A stretch of DNA of 64,000 bases from Rotaria socialis (taxonomy: Eukaryota), in NCBI GenBank assembly GCA_905331295.1, contig CAJNYD010000036.1, positions 1 through 64,000 on the forward strand. Direction: 5' to 3'. The notes beneath the pieces were generated by a model. It made no database searches, was not told where the DNA came from, and saw nothing but the letters and a program-made list of their open reading frames with translations. The position numbers were made by a program, and so were the translations under genes. Position 1 is the first letter of the stretch; every line of letters starts with the position of its first letter. Below are positions 40,335 to 59,861 of the stretch, piece after piece.

Positions 40335-40877
40335 TCAAAAGTGTCCCATATCATGGATAGCAGTTGAATGAAAACGTGCAGTATCCAATGAATTTGGTAA
40401 TTTCAATTTTAATGGTTGATTTCGATGATTCACAACATTATCCATACTAACATTCATTTGCGACAAATTGAATCTATGACTTCGACGATGATCACTCATC
40501 GAATCGTAACATGAATCGTTATCTTCAGCAGCAAGTGATTGTTCAGATGTATCAGAATTGCTTTTTTCTTCTATTTCACTTAAATATTCAGTTTGACGTG
40601 TTGGATCATAAAGAATTTGTGATAAACGACAACGTGGATAATTTGAATTTATGAATGAAGGAAATTTAGGTAGCTAGAAAAAAAAGACAACATCGTCGAA
40701 GTTATTGATGTTAAAGAAAAGACTTACTGGAGCAGGATTCGATTGCCGAGATAATTGCTGTTGAATAACAGGAGTTGATGCTTTAATATTTTTCGTTGAC
40801 AGTGTATGTTGAAGACGAGCAACGAATTTGATGAACGATGAAGAATGACGTTTACGTGATTGCTGCGCTCGGGGCAT
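40335..40877 (-). CDS. Two-exon uncharacterised low-complexity protein (~160 aa)
   Basis: MPRAQQSRKRH...SNPAP, intron 40674-40727, LPKFPSFINSNYPRCRLSQILYDP...TAIHDMGHF*; TATA-like upstream. Confidence 0.7.
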
Positions 40878-42019
40878 TTTGTAGATTGAATTGAAAGCAA
40901 ACTGACGATGGACAGAGAATTTTATTTATAATATATCGGAAAGCCAATTTCACTTCGAATAGATCATCTCATTATTTACATGCGATTAATCAAAGTTATG
41001 TTCTGTTAAGTGACATTGAAGTAGTGCATGCATATATATATATATAAGCCAATTAACTCTTATCATGTTTAACGGATTAACTGCTCTTTTTTCTTTTTTT
41101 CGTTCCATGAATTCGGTTAAGAATATCAATTGAAGAGATTATTATTCGTAAATGATTCATGATGATTTCAGATTAGAAGGATAGATTGCATTAGTCATTG
41201 CAAAACAAAATCAGTCAAAATTTTATTATTGATTAATCAGAATGAAAACGACATGACTGAATAGATATCACAAAAAGATAACTTAATGCAAAACATTTTA
41301 TGACGTTAATGTGGTCAGGTTGTTTAAATCGTTTTTGAACTGAGTATTTTTACTTATCAAACGTACTTAAAGGTTCAATGTAATCTGTGTGTGCATACAC
41401 TCACTTAAGTTTAGAGTACTCATTATTTTCGAGTTAACGTATTTCAATGGTAAGAGTAAGACCGAATAGTAATTTGAAGCTGCAAAAGAATCGTGACAGA
41501 ATAATCTTTTTTCAATTTTAGTTTTTAGTCTCCGAAATATTTTTTTTTAATGAATCCAATTGTACTATCATTAAAAATATGTAATTACTTGGCGACATGA
41601 CATCCAAAACAAACACTAAAGAAGATGAAAATAAAAACTTCTGATATTCATGAATTATACGTTTTTGAGCCGTTTTTTCTATCGAGACAGATAATAAAGC
41701 TTCTGCATAAAAAGATTAAGAAATTCTTGATATTGAAATTAGTTCTTTATTGAAGTAGAATAAATTGTCGTAAGCAAACAAATTAGATGTTTCATTGCTT
41801 TACTTTCATTCAAGAAATCATAGGCGTATACAATTGTCTTACATGAGCTAAAACCAATAACTTGCTGGGTTAACAGATAAGAAAACAAAATTTCGAATTA
41901 GTTTATAATTATATGTATATACGTATTTACAATGAAAGAGTACGCAAATTGAGAGAAAAAAAAAGTGAAGTCAAAAAGGAAGAGAACACTGTTTCACTAA
42001 AGCATACATGAAAATATGT

Positions 42020-44786
42020 TTAACTATCATTATTGTTTTCTTGATTTGTTGTTGATGGTGACAATCTTTGTCTATAATGCTCTAATCGTCGACGACGGAT
42101 TACATCAGCATCGTTCTCATTAATGGGATTTAATACATCTAAATCGTAGAGAATTATATCACTAGTATGACATCTAACTAAAATAATGCTTACTATTTCT
42201 CGAATTATTCTCGTCCGATGATGTCAAAACTTGATCGGTATCATTTTTGAGGTTATTCAATAGACCTGTGCCATTTTCCATATTACTATTTAAAGGTAAA
42301 AAAGAAAACAAACGTTAATTTAAAAGGAAAATTCTTCAAAATACTAACCTTTGCGTTAAGACAATATTCATATATTGTTGCATTTGTATCATTGATGCAT
42401 CTAATAATGTTCTTACATTACGTAAACATTGAATACGTGCTTGAACATGAGATAATTCTGTTCCTTCCATTGCTCGAATCGTTTCTTCTGACATACCAGC
42501 AAAATTAGCTGGTGGTAAAGGTGGAGGTGGAAAAGCTTAATTAAAGATAATGATATTGTAGTGTAGCGTTTTTTTTTAAAACCTTACCGAATGGTGGTAA
42601 TACCATAGGAAATGAATTAAATGCCATTTGTGGAAATACTCCGGCACCCATTGCATTGAAATTTGGTGGTGACGCTTGCGTTGATGTATTAGTTGGTGTA
42701 GAACTAGAGGTTGATGATGTAGCTGAATTTGACGCAAGATGTGATGGTGACGGAGGAAATCTAGCTGTAGAAACAGGTATTTGAGCTTGTGATTGTGAAG
42801 CTGCTGCTGGTTGCGCATTGACTAGTGGTGCGGCGGCGGCGGCGGCGGCCGCAGCTGCTCGAGTAGGTACGGGACGCAAAACAGTAGTTCGACAAATTGG
42901 ACCTGTTATTATAATTTGTTATATAACATCAATAAGAAAAAAAAATAAATATGCTAAACATACAAGTTTGTTGTCGTTGAAACCATGAACGTAAACAATT
43001 TTTATGAAATATATGTTGACAAGTAAGACGCTTGATACTTTGTTGTACCTGCATTTCTTCTCTACATATGATACACGTAGTATCAGTAGCATTACCAAGT
43101 TCCTCAGCTGTTAAATCTGGATACATGGTATTTAGATTACGTATAGCACGTCGTGATTCAAGAACATCATTGCACGATTTACGGAATGCTCTGGAAATCA
43201 GATAGGCACGAAAAAAAATAGATCAATGTTTAAAAAAAAAAGAAATATTTTACCGCATGGCAATAAACATTGGTCGAATAGCAAATAATGGAAATGTATG
43301 TATTTTCATCATAACCATGATAAATATCATATAAAGTGTAAGACGAAAAAGTCCAAGAATTAAATCTGAATAGAGCATAAATACACCTTTATTTTCCCAT
43401 TGTTCACCGGCACGAATTTCAATTGAATGAAGAATATATTTTATTGCAGTTGTAATAACCGAAACAAGTAGGATTGCATACTAAAGGTATTTTCAAAAGA
43501 ATAAAATTATTGACTGTCATTGATAACAAAAAGTAAAAATCTTTAGCATCCTTCCCAATACATACATATTCACAATACTACGCATCTAAATACTTCAGTA
43601 ACAAGGAAGATCTGTGTTTCTACCTTCAAGGTAATTCGCTAAGGATGCATCGTATTCAATTTGGACATGATAAAAACGAAGATCAATCAGTAAGTCGCCT
43701 ATTGATAAGAGGAGTTATGGTCGCTGTAATAAAAGTATTGCTGAAAGGAAGACGTGACTGTAAAATTGCAAATTTCATAACTAGATGATAAACATCAAGA
43801 TGCGTGCAATGACGAAACTTTCAGATCGAAGTTCGGTGATTTTGAATTCTTCAAAAATATTTCATTTTCATTAGTGAAAATTTAAATTTTTCGATCATAA
43901 CTCTATATTAATAAGTGGGCATGCGACTGAATTGATAGTTAAAAATAAGCTACTCGTAAGAGAATATCTTTACAAACAAATTTCAAATGTATAACGCTTG
44001 AATAAATTCTGTTGATCATACCTCAAAACCAAAAACAATTTGAACTGATGCTCCCTTGGCTATTGTATGCATATAAGCTGATGAAATAAATAAATAATCG
44101 AGAATACTTAAAACACTTAAAAGACCTATAAGCAAATCAAAGAATATTGATAATACTGAACAACAAATACTTTATCATACCAATAACTCGTGTATGAAAT
44201 ATTGGTCCAAGAACAGGACTTTGTTCCATCTAAATCCAAGATATGTCGTTTCTATGTAAGAAACATTAATTTTACTTACATAATCAACACGATCTTCTAA
44301 AAGCCAATGAAAACATTTCAGAAAAAGTAAAACTGCAAACAAAGCGACAAAACGTGGACTGAAATCATCACGAAATACAGTAAATGCTAAGCATGTTTCT
44401 GTGATAGAAAACCATGCACGATCATACAGATGCTTTGAAATAAAAATAAAAATAATCCGGTAAAATTCTAACAACAAAAAAATGTTTTGATCTTAACTAA
44501 CTTCTGTTTCAATCGCACGAAGCGGTCCGAGAAATATACGTTGAATAAATTTACCAAATAAAATAGCAAATACAAATGCTTGAGCATAAAGAACCTAAGA
44601 AAATATATTGATCAATGAAATTTTTTATTACTAAGAAATTAATTTATGTCTCGTTACCGCAAGACTTGTACTTGACTTCGTTAAATATACAACTGATGGA
44701 TAAAATTGCTTTTTTACATAAAAAGCATTAGTTATAACAGCAAATGTTAATAGGAAACTAAGTAAAATTAAATATTCGACTTTCAT
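42020..44786 (-). CDS. SYVN1: ERAD E3 ubiquitin ligase synoviolin/HRD1
   Basis: NAFYVKKQFYPSVVYLTKS; HLYDRAWFSITETCLAFTVFRDDF; RING-H2 CIICREEM...[26 protein letters not shown]; C-terminal RAMEGTELSHVQARIQCLRNVRTLLDA. Confidence 0.95.
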
Positions 44787-45038
44787 TGATATTATTTGTG
44801 GCATTTGTTTTGTTACGAGATGAATACAGTTCTGGTTCACATAGACACGTGGAATAAAGATTGTTGCATATATAAATAACAACAACTGGCTGGCTCGCTC
44901 GCTCTCACAATCATGTATTTTCATGATTGGTTAGCGAGTTAAACCAATCATATGTACCTATGTTGCCTAACTAAGTAAAATGAAATAATAAGCAATTACA
45001 AGTACCTATATTTATTGTCTCAAATAAGAGAATTTACC
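44787..45038. promoter_or_regulatory. Putative bidirectional promoter between SYVN1 and HECTD2-like genes
   Basis: Head-to-head ATGs ~250 nt apart; inverted CCAAT pair tgattggttagcgagttaaaccaatca (44924-44950); ACACGTGG at ~44845. Confidence 0.55.
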
Positions 45039-50464
<5,426 letters not shown>

Positions 50465-50610
50465 TAACAAAAAAGAAAATAGAATGAGACACAGTCTTTT
50501 GTTTTCGTTTTTTTCTTAAATTGTGAAATAAATTTCATCATTCCATTTCATAAAATAAATACATTCATTCATTTGCTTATTTTATTTGATCTTGTAGATT
50601 TAAAAAAAAA

Positions 50611-51438
50611 ATGGACGACATAACCAAGATGGATCTCTATGAATTATTTGGTATTGATGAAACATGTTCAACGAAAGAATTAACAACAGCATTTCGAAGA
50701 AAAGCGTTAGAATGCCATCCAGATAAATTTCCAGATGATCTTGGCAAACGAGATCTATTTTTACTTATTAGAAAAGCATTAGAACTATTAACAGATACAC
50801 AAGCTCGACAAGCTTATGATGCGTGTCGAAAACAAAAGAAAATTCAACAAGAACGTTTGTCACAAATGGATGATAAGCGAAAAAAATTTAAAGAAGATCT
50901 CGAACGTAAGGAAGAAAGAGCAACAAAGGCACCAACTTCAACCGTTAATAAATCAAATTCTGACAAGCTACGTACGGAAGTTGAACGTTTAAGACGTGAA
51001 GGAAGTCGTCTTGTTGATGAAGAGCTTGAAAAACTTCATAAGATGTTTGAACAAAATAAGCAAAAACCTTCATCTAATCATGTAGAAATAATTATTAAAT
51101 ACGCTCCAAATACTTCACCTTATACAGATGATGAACTTCGGCAAGTATTTACAAAATTTGGCAATATTTCAACGATTATTAACAAGAATGTTAAACGTGC
51201 ATTAATTGAATTTGATCAAGATCATGTATCAAATTTTATTGAAAGTGAAAAAGGTTTGGATGATCGACCGTTTGCTTCGGTAAAAATTCAAAAAAAATCA
51301 AATACAACTACGCCATCATCAACAGCAGCAACATCAACGAAAAAACAAACTACTTTTGTAGATTTAACGCAACCTGATTTCGAAGACTTTGAAGCTATTA
51401 TCATGAGAAAAATGTCACAGCAAAATGCTGCTTCCTAA
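50611..51438 (+). CDS. DNAJC17: DnaJ homolog subfamily C member 17 (J-domain + RRM), intronless
   Basis: DLYELFGI...RRKALECHPDK; KRKKFKEDLERKE; EVERLRREGSRLV; RRM-like YTDDELRQVFTKFGNI...ALIEF. Confidence 0.9.
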   Translation: MDDITKMDLYELFGIDETCSTKELTTAFRRKALECHPDKFPDDLGKRDLFLLIRKALELLTDTQARQAYDACRKQKKIQQERLSQMDDKRKKFKEDLERKEERATKAPTSTVNKSNSDKLRTEVERLRREGSRLVDEELEKLHKMFEQNKQKPSSNHVEIIIKYAPNTSPYTDDELRQVFTKFGNISTIINKNVKRALIEFDQDHVSNFIESEKGLDDRPFASVKIQKKSNTTTPSSTAATSTKKQTTFVDLTQPDFEDFEAIIMRKMSQQNAAS

Positions 51439-51881
51439 AAATTATACAGTTTATTTTTTGTATGTAAGCCAGAATAAATAAAAAGAAGATATTCGATTTA
51501 TGAATTCATTTCTCTGCAGTTGCATCATTTCTAAGTTCATTTAACCTACAAATTTTAAGTCAAAGAAATATCATGAAAATAAAAAGCGCTGATATTTGTC
51601 AGGCAGAATGATTTTGTTATTTTATTTACTTTGTGTGATGACGAATGAAAATTTTTAAAAAAGCAACACGTTTGAAAAAAGGAGTTCTTCACTTGTGTAT
51701 TATTAGTTTTAGCTTTCACAAACACTCATGCACCTTTTTCTTTTTACTCTATTGCATGTAGACACACAAACGCAATACGTATTCTCGTTCCAGACAGCAT
51801 CATAGAAAAAAGAAACGAATAAAAAAGAAAGAAAAATCTCGCGAGCTCCGTCTGATGGCATAGGTTTTTCTTTCTTGCTTC

Positions 51882-51912
<31 letters not shown>

Positions 51913-52677
51913 GTCTGTCAAAAAAAAATAACAAACTTCTGGCTTCTATTCATGCTCGTCTAAAGGAATATATTGTCACAATTAGCGCTGCAATCCGTAT
52001 GTGTATATCTATACGACTAAATTATCAAATTCGGTAGGTAGTTAAGAGGAAGTTCTATAGTAATCAAATAGAAGTAATGTCATGCACTATTACAACTCAT
52101 AGAAACAGAGTAAACTGCCATTATTTTGTACATTTAGTTGTACTATTTAATAAATAAAATCGATGAATTGATTGTAAAAATGGAGAAAGAAACAATAATA
52201 ACAACAACAACTGAAATTCATTGATTGATCCCTTAGTGTGCCTAATATACATATAATACACACAGTAGGAGTGCGAATATGATTGAAACAATGAAGAAGA
52301 CATTACTGTTATCTCATTTGATAGAAAAAGATTTGACAGTCTTCCATATCATCATCATCACTGTCTTCATTGGTTGTCGACATGGATGTTGTCTGTCCTG
52401 GTGACATCGCAGACATCATGCTGCAATAGAGAACAAATGAAAGAGAAAAACTGTCATATTCGAAGATGTTCATACTGTTGACAAGTAGAACACTGTTAGT
52501 ACAACTAGAGAGAAAGAAAGGGAGAGAGGGGGGAGGGGAGAGGGAAGAAAATCGTGAGACGCCAACATAGTTTCCGATAATTTTTCATCATTTTCTTTTC
52601 TTTTTTCTAATATAATCAAACAAAATGTTCCCATGTATTCCACACATATTTTAGTCTTCTTCATTGTTTAATCAAAA

Positions 52678-55600
52678 ATGGCAGAGTCGACACCACCAAC
52701 AATATCGCGTACACAACATAGAGTCGAATATACACCATGTATTGATACAACAGTGGCATCGTCAACGTCGAAGAAAACACGTGGAAATATGAATCCTCAT
52801 TCAAGTTTTGATCTGATTAGTGAAACACGGGAATACGATACTTCAATAGCTAAAAATTGCGACCGCCATACGCAATCTCATCGTATACTTGAACGTGATC
52901 TACGTCGATTAGATATTGAATCGGATCAATTTAGTATAGAAATGAAAAATAAGAAATTAGCTCGAACTGAATCTATTTCATTACCAACTACACCAGTTGA
53001 ACATATGTGTTCAACATTTAATCAAAAATCTCATAATTTAACAGCAACATCAGTAATTAATCATGAGCATGATGGTTATGTGAATGATGACGATGATGAT
53101 GATGATAATAATGACGATGCTATACAGCATTTTTGTTTTACATCATCAAAAAACTCCAAATTGACTTCGTCAGAACAAATAACAAATGAGTCAATATCAA
53201 ATATTAAAAGGTAGGAAGGAAGAAAGAAGAAAAAAGAAGAACGTCACTATCTATATTATTAGTTCAAAGAAAAGAAAACCTACGATAATCATAATAACCA
53301 TATTCAATGATTAGCAAATAAAGGCATAAAAGATAAATATTTTTCTGACATGTTATTTACTTGTCTTATTTCGGACATATAGATTATGTCTATGCATGTA
53401 AAGTAAATAGAAAGAAAATTGATTGTCAACTTCTAGGAACAAACTAACTAACAGCTGTCATGAACAGATGAATATATAAGAATAAATTGATAGATCAATT
53501 TATGATATTGAATTTCTAATTGAAAACAATATTTGTCAAAATTAAAAAAACATGCAAAGCATAAATACACAAGTTAGTAAGTTAAACAATCATTTTACAT
53601 TCAAATTCTATTACATTTATAATGAGCTCAAATTTTTTTACTCCAAATATTATGTTTCTAGTTTTCAGCAATCTACTGAATATTCTTCTTCGAAATCTTC
53701 GTCATCAGAATTAAGTGTTCCAATTTCATTTGGTGTCGATTGGACTGAACAAGCACATCCACTTTCACATTGTTGGTTTCCGTATACTTTAACCGATCCA
53801 TCATCAGCTCCATCATGTTATTTTCTGTCGTGTCAAAATCCAAGGCCAACACTAGTATTATCACTTGTTCAATGTGAATCCTGCTTAATTGTTGTACATA
53901 CTCATCATTTGTCAAATTTACGAACAACAAAATCAAATATAACAAATTGTATGCCTCCATGTCGTCCATCATTTTGTGATGATCATGAACCTGATGAACA
54001 ACATAAGCGTGATCGACATTTTTGGTTGAATACAATAGTACTCGCTAAACCTTGTGCATTTTGTAAGCGAAAATCAATGTCAAGTTCTCTGTTTAATAAT
54101 ACTCGAGCATCAACGATGCCAACATTAGATCTCATGCCGAAAAGTATTACAAATAGTAAAAGTCCTGTGCCTGGTAGTCCACAATTGTCTGGCCCAACAG
54201 GTGGCCTTCAATGTGTTTGGTGCTCCCGTGGTTATCATAGACAATGTTGGGAGCACATATCTAATCAAGATGACAAAAATAAATGTGATTATGGAATCTT
54301 TAGGTAGAATCATACAATGGAAGTAGTCTTCTAAAACGTTCTTAATTTCTTCTTTATTATTAATATTCTAGAAACATCATTGTTCGACCACAATGGATAC
54401 GTCGCATTTCAAATTCTTCACCTAATTTTCGTGCTCAATTTCCTTCTAATCATGAAAAACATTCAATATATACACCAATACTTCTCTTTATAAATAAACG
54501 TTCAGGTGGTCAAAGTGGTGAAAAAATCTATCGTAAATTATTACGTTTACTGAATCCTCGTCAAGTATTTCTACTTGAAAATGATCAAACTATAATTAAT
54601 GCATTAGAAATTTATTCATCCTTAGAAAATATTCGTATATGTGTATTTGGTGGCGATGGTACCGTCGGGTGGGTATTAGGTCGTTTAGCTGAATTATTTC
54701 CATCGTTAAATAATCCACCTGTATGTATATGTCCATTGGGCACAGGTAATGATCTATCTCGAGTATTATCATGGGGCGAACAATATGATCCAAAACGTTT
54801 ACTGTCAACTTTAACACAAATTCCTCAAGCAAAACCTATAGCACTTGATCGTTGGCAAGTAGCTATGGAGCAAGTCGATTTAACCAAGTCTAATTTTAAT
54901 CTCAATAGTGGACGAACATTTTTATCGTTTATAGCACATCCAAAATTTATTCGCGATACCCAACGTGCATCATATCAAAATCACCGCACATTACCCAATA
55001 CACGTTTTATAAATTATATGAGTTTTGGTTTAGATGCAGCAATAGCATTAGAATTCCATGATAGACGGTCACGTGATCCGGCTAAATTTTCATCACCATT
55101 AAAAAATAAATTGATGTATTTAAATGAAAGTCGAAAATATTTAAATGATTTTGCACGTTCAAAAATGTGGAGTTTAAGCTCATATATACGTTTAATATGT
55201 GACGGAGAAAATTTAACAGATTGCATTAAAAATTGCCATACTTTACTTGTTTTAAATATTCCCGGTTATGCATCAGGAACTAATCCATGGGGAAAATCAT
55301 CACATAATTCATCATCATCATCATCATCATCAATAACCATACAAAAAGATTCAGACTCATTTGACCAAATATCAACCAGTTCTGTTGAATTAACTGACTT
55401 GCCAGCAAATACACACGAAGTTTATGAATTAGTGACATTAAGTGATTGTCCCAATGATCAAAACAATTCAACGCCGTGTACAACGACAAACAATTCACCG
55501 AGTCGTTTTGAACGACAAGATTTTGGTGATAGAAGAATTGAAGTTGTTGGCTTAAGTACAACACATATGGCTACAATACATATCGGTTTTCGTGGCATGC

Positions 55601-55749
55601 GTATTGCACAATGTAGTCAGCTACGTATTGAATTATGTTGTCCAATGACAGCTCAAATGGATGGCGAACCGTTTTATTTGCCAGAATCTGTTGCTATAAA
55701 TATCACACATGCAGGCCAAGTGTTGGTATTAAGAAATGAAAACAGATAA
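52678..55749 (+). CDS. Diacylglycerol kinase (two C1 domains, DAGK catalytic and accessory domains), 3 exons
   Basis: Exons 52678-53210, 53662-54303, 54372-55749; C1-like H..C patterns; LFINKRSGGQSG, GGDGTVGWVLG, PLGTGNDLSRVL, NYMSFGLDA, LNIPGYASG, QMDGEPF. Confidence 0.9.
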
Positions 55750-58302
55750 AAAAAATAACTAACGAATTTCTGTATGTTTTTTTCATTTCCATTACGGAAA
55801 CAAAGAAAAATCAGTGAGATTTGTGAATAGCAGTCTAAGCACACAAATAACCGACTCGTTATTTTCAAAGAATATTATTGATGTTCGCTTTTATTTTTTA
55901 TTTTATATAAACATGCCAATTAATTTTGAAGAATAAGTACAATAAGAAAGCAATGCTGTAAAATTTAAGTTACATTTCAATCAAAACATAATAAGAACCA
56001 GTGAAAAATGATTCCAGAAAATCTATATGAATGAAAAATTGAAAAGGAGTTGTTTTTTTATCCCAGCTTTTGTCTTGCCGAAATACGCTCGTCTTCAAGA
56101 TAGATAATTATGATTTTAACTTAGTTTAATAAAGCTCTTTTAATTCTTTCAGATTTCAAGGCAAACAAAATAAAAATTGCAATTAACGAAATAATCTTCT
56201 CCTATCAAACTGACGTAAAATTCTTCTTTTTTTCTCATTTTGATTTATTATTATTATTTGATTCTTTCAAAACTCAAAAACAATAAGTCATCGACAAGAT
56301 AAGCGGATTTAAAGGCTTTTCATTTTTGATTCGCTTCGGCTACGATCAATATGTTGTTTTTCCACATAGGTAATTTTAAATACTATTTAAGTCCGCTAAA
56401 TACTGAAATCCTACAAAATAATCCTATTTAATATTAACTTCTATAATCGCTAATCCACCCTAAGAACTATTAATACTTACTTCATCACATTTTTTTATTT
56501 CTTTTGATATACAATAACACTTTTCCGTAAAATGAAAACAAAAACAAATACGATAGTAATCAAGCTTTGGGATTTCTCTTATTTACTAGTGTTATTGGAT
56601 AAAAAAGGTGCAAAAAATAAGAAAGAGTTAATCACGCTGTTCTGTGAAAATCAGTTGAATTTTAATTGCTCCCGTGATGGTGTCTCTGTTTTTCTATTAA
56701 CAATAAAACGATTCTTTAGCTAAAACTAACATCAGTAACTCTATATTGTGATATACAGCTAATGTTTAATAGTATCGATTGTATATATTGTCAAAGTTTT
56801 ATTGATTAGACATTGTCGATTGATAGAATCTGAGTAATATTTAGATTATAATTATGAAACAGTAACATTTTCAAAATATTCAAATAGGACCAAATTTTCA
56901 ATAGAAACAAAATCGAATAAATTTTACAGTAAAAATCTATGCTTGATGGATGAATGTCCACAAATTTAACTTCGTAATCAAGAAGATATTGCTTTATTGT
57001 TGTGGGGAAATTTCTGTTTTCAATATCATATTTTATGTCTGATGAAAAACATCTTATAGATTTAATACATTTTGGAACTATCAACGTTTATGAATAACAC
57101 GGAAAAGTAGGTAATTCTCAAGTATATAAAAATAATGAGAATAATGAATATAATATCTTAATCTAGAAATAAAACAGCACGTTCTGTAATTTATTTACAA
57201 TATAATCGCGACCTCAAATGTTTTCCGCCTTGAAGGATGATGCATGTCTCTCATTTGTACCAATAATTAAGAATTGTTGTAATAGATACGCAATTCAATG
57301 GATAGTCCAGATCAGAATATTTGCTTACAATGAAGAACACAATCAGATCTGTACAATTTTCTATGAATAGTATAATATTGAGGCATAGTTGCTTTTCAAA
57401 AAAAAGTAAGCGTAACATTTCCTAGTATGTGTCATAGATGTCCATGGTGGTGCTGCCGCCACAGCGTTAGCGGCGCGGTAGCAGTACCTTTTTCAAAATC
57501 TCATCGCGGTACGGTGCAGCTGCGACAGATTTTTAGTTGTGAAGAAAATCTCTAGACCCTATAAAAAGAATGAATCTACTGTTTTTCGAAAGAATTTTTT
57601 CTATTTCTCATCTCTTTTTACATTAGTATTTCATCAAACAGGAATTATTAACCCTACATCACACATATTACCTATTTAGTCGTTTTGACATATACGAGAA
57701 TATTATTTTCAAAATGATATATGATTTTTTTTTGTTAAGATTCCAATTTATTACTATGATTCATATTCTGATGAATCCTTTTGTCATAAAAAATATTCCG
57801 TTCTTGTTATTTACATGCGAACTGTTTGTCTTGCATCATCCTTTGAATCTTTAGGGCGATTTTTCAATATTTTGATCGAATGCATTTTCTCTATTTGAAA
57901 ACAACTCTCATATTTAAATGTCATTCAGTTGTTGATGTGGTTCTAACACATATTTTCACAGTGCAATGTGTAAATCTAGAATATTATTACTAATCCAAGG
58001 AAAATATAGTGATCTAAGTCGATTATTTTATTCAATGAAATAGCTGATGAAATATTATCTTGTTTAACATCAATCATCGTTAGATGAGTAATCACAATCA
58101 CATGGGAGACTAGCAACACAAAAATGATCTATTATTCATCACGGCTGACCGATTTTCTCGAATAACATTATATCTGTTTCTTACAAATGGTGACTAATTT
58201 TTGCTGAATTTCAAATGAATAAAGACCGAAACAGTAATTTAACAAAAGAAAAATAATTAACAATATCCATATAGCAAAAAAAAACAAAAGAAAAATCATT
58301 GT

Positions 58303-59861
58303 TCAAATACTTATTTTTTGTTCTCTTAATTTTGTTTCATATTGAAGTAATTGTCCCATAAAATTTATATTTGGAGAAACAATAGGACGTTTCTTTTTAA
58401 CAAACTCATAAGCATCATTCATGTTCATCTGCGCATAACGCATTAGAAAACTAATAACTATAGCCGGTGATCGACTGATTCCAGCAACACAATGAACAAG
58501 AACTTTTTCATTATTTTCAATTGCTTTATGTATAAATTGATAGGCTTGATCAAAATGATTTAAAAGATTTTGTTTTTGTGTATCATCAGCAGATATATGA
58601 TAATAATTGAATTGGTCCGGATGATAAGCAGGTACATGAGATGTTACATTTACAATATGACGAATTTGCGTGGATGACAATTCTTCGAGATTCTTAGCAT
58701 TGGCTTCACTACCAATGAATAAACAATGGATGATATGCGTCATAGGATAATGTTGAAGATCAAAGTCGGGTGAAATAGGTGTTGATGAAAGAGATGATTC
58801 ATTTTTTGATGACAAATATGATTCACATAAGTCTGGGTAAAGATTAAAAAATTGATTAAATGAACTTTTAAGAATAAATATTGGAGTATGTTTTGTTGTA
58901 AGACACCGTTCAATTTCTCCATAGGCACATTTTAATCCTGCTGATAATTCTTGAAGATTATCCGTATGATCATCATAGAGAATAATTGCATCGCATTCAT
59001 TCAATTGTTTTTCATTGATGATTGAATGTTTTGATGAATTAGATTTTAAACGTTTACGAGAGATTTTATCAGAAACACACAGTAGATTAGAATTACAAAC
59101 ACGATTTTCACTATGCCGAAATGGTGAACCACAATCGAAAATAATTATTTGAAAGTGTTCTTTTAATTTATCGGCTAATGTGGAACAATCGATAAAACTA
59201 AAAGATGGTGATGATGGTGATGGTGAAACTGTTTTCGATAGAACAGAAACTGAGAGATTTTTCGGTGCCAAAGTTAATGTTTGTGGTCGAAGACGTTTAG
59301 TTGGTGGAGATGTAATTACGGGTAATGAACTGAATTTAGTAGGCGATAGATCTTTATCATCGATTGAAATGAAACGACTCGACGATGTCAATGGATGACT
59401 GAAGCATGTTCGCAGATATGGAATAGGACGATCGATTGTTGCATCTGTTAGCAACAACGTAGTCGGCCGAATTCGTGTTGTTGTTGAAGCTATGAAGGAA
59501 AGAAAACATACTTGAAATCAAAGGTGTTATATAAAAAAAGAATTTTTTTTATGAATATTCGTGTCATACTTTCGTCATTATTATTTTTTGAAACAGCTTG
59601 TACCGAACAGCTGTTGTCAAGAACTATTCTTGTTAGCTCGTTTTTACTATTGTATGTATGACTTCGATTCAATGGTCGTTTTTTTGTTAATTCCTGATTT
59701 CCTAATAGTTGTGTTGAGTCCGTTTGACTAGAATTAACATGAAAACTAGATGGATACTGTTGATTATTTGTTTCAAAAGATGATTCTGTTTGTTTCATTG
59801 CATCTGTTGTCTGACAATAACGTAAAAGTGAAACTGAATCTTCAACAATACATGCAGCCAT
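58303..59861 (-). CDS. Dual-specificity MAP kinase phosphatase (rhodanese-like + DSP catalytic domain), 2 exons
   Basis: IIFDCGSPFRH...ISRKRL kinase-binding region; VLVHCVAGISRSPAIVISFLM; RPIVSPNINFMGQL; intron 59490-59569. Confidence 0.92.

Noticed and set aside
57445..57525. GC-rich patch (gcggcgcggtagc...gcggtacggtgc) as tRNA or ncRNA
   Set aside because: No cloverleaf or A/B boxes; more likely a small repeat remnant (similar words at ~870).
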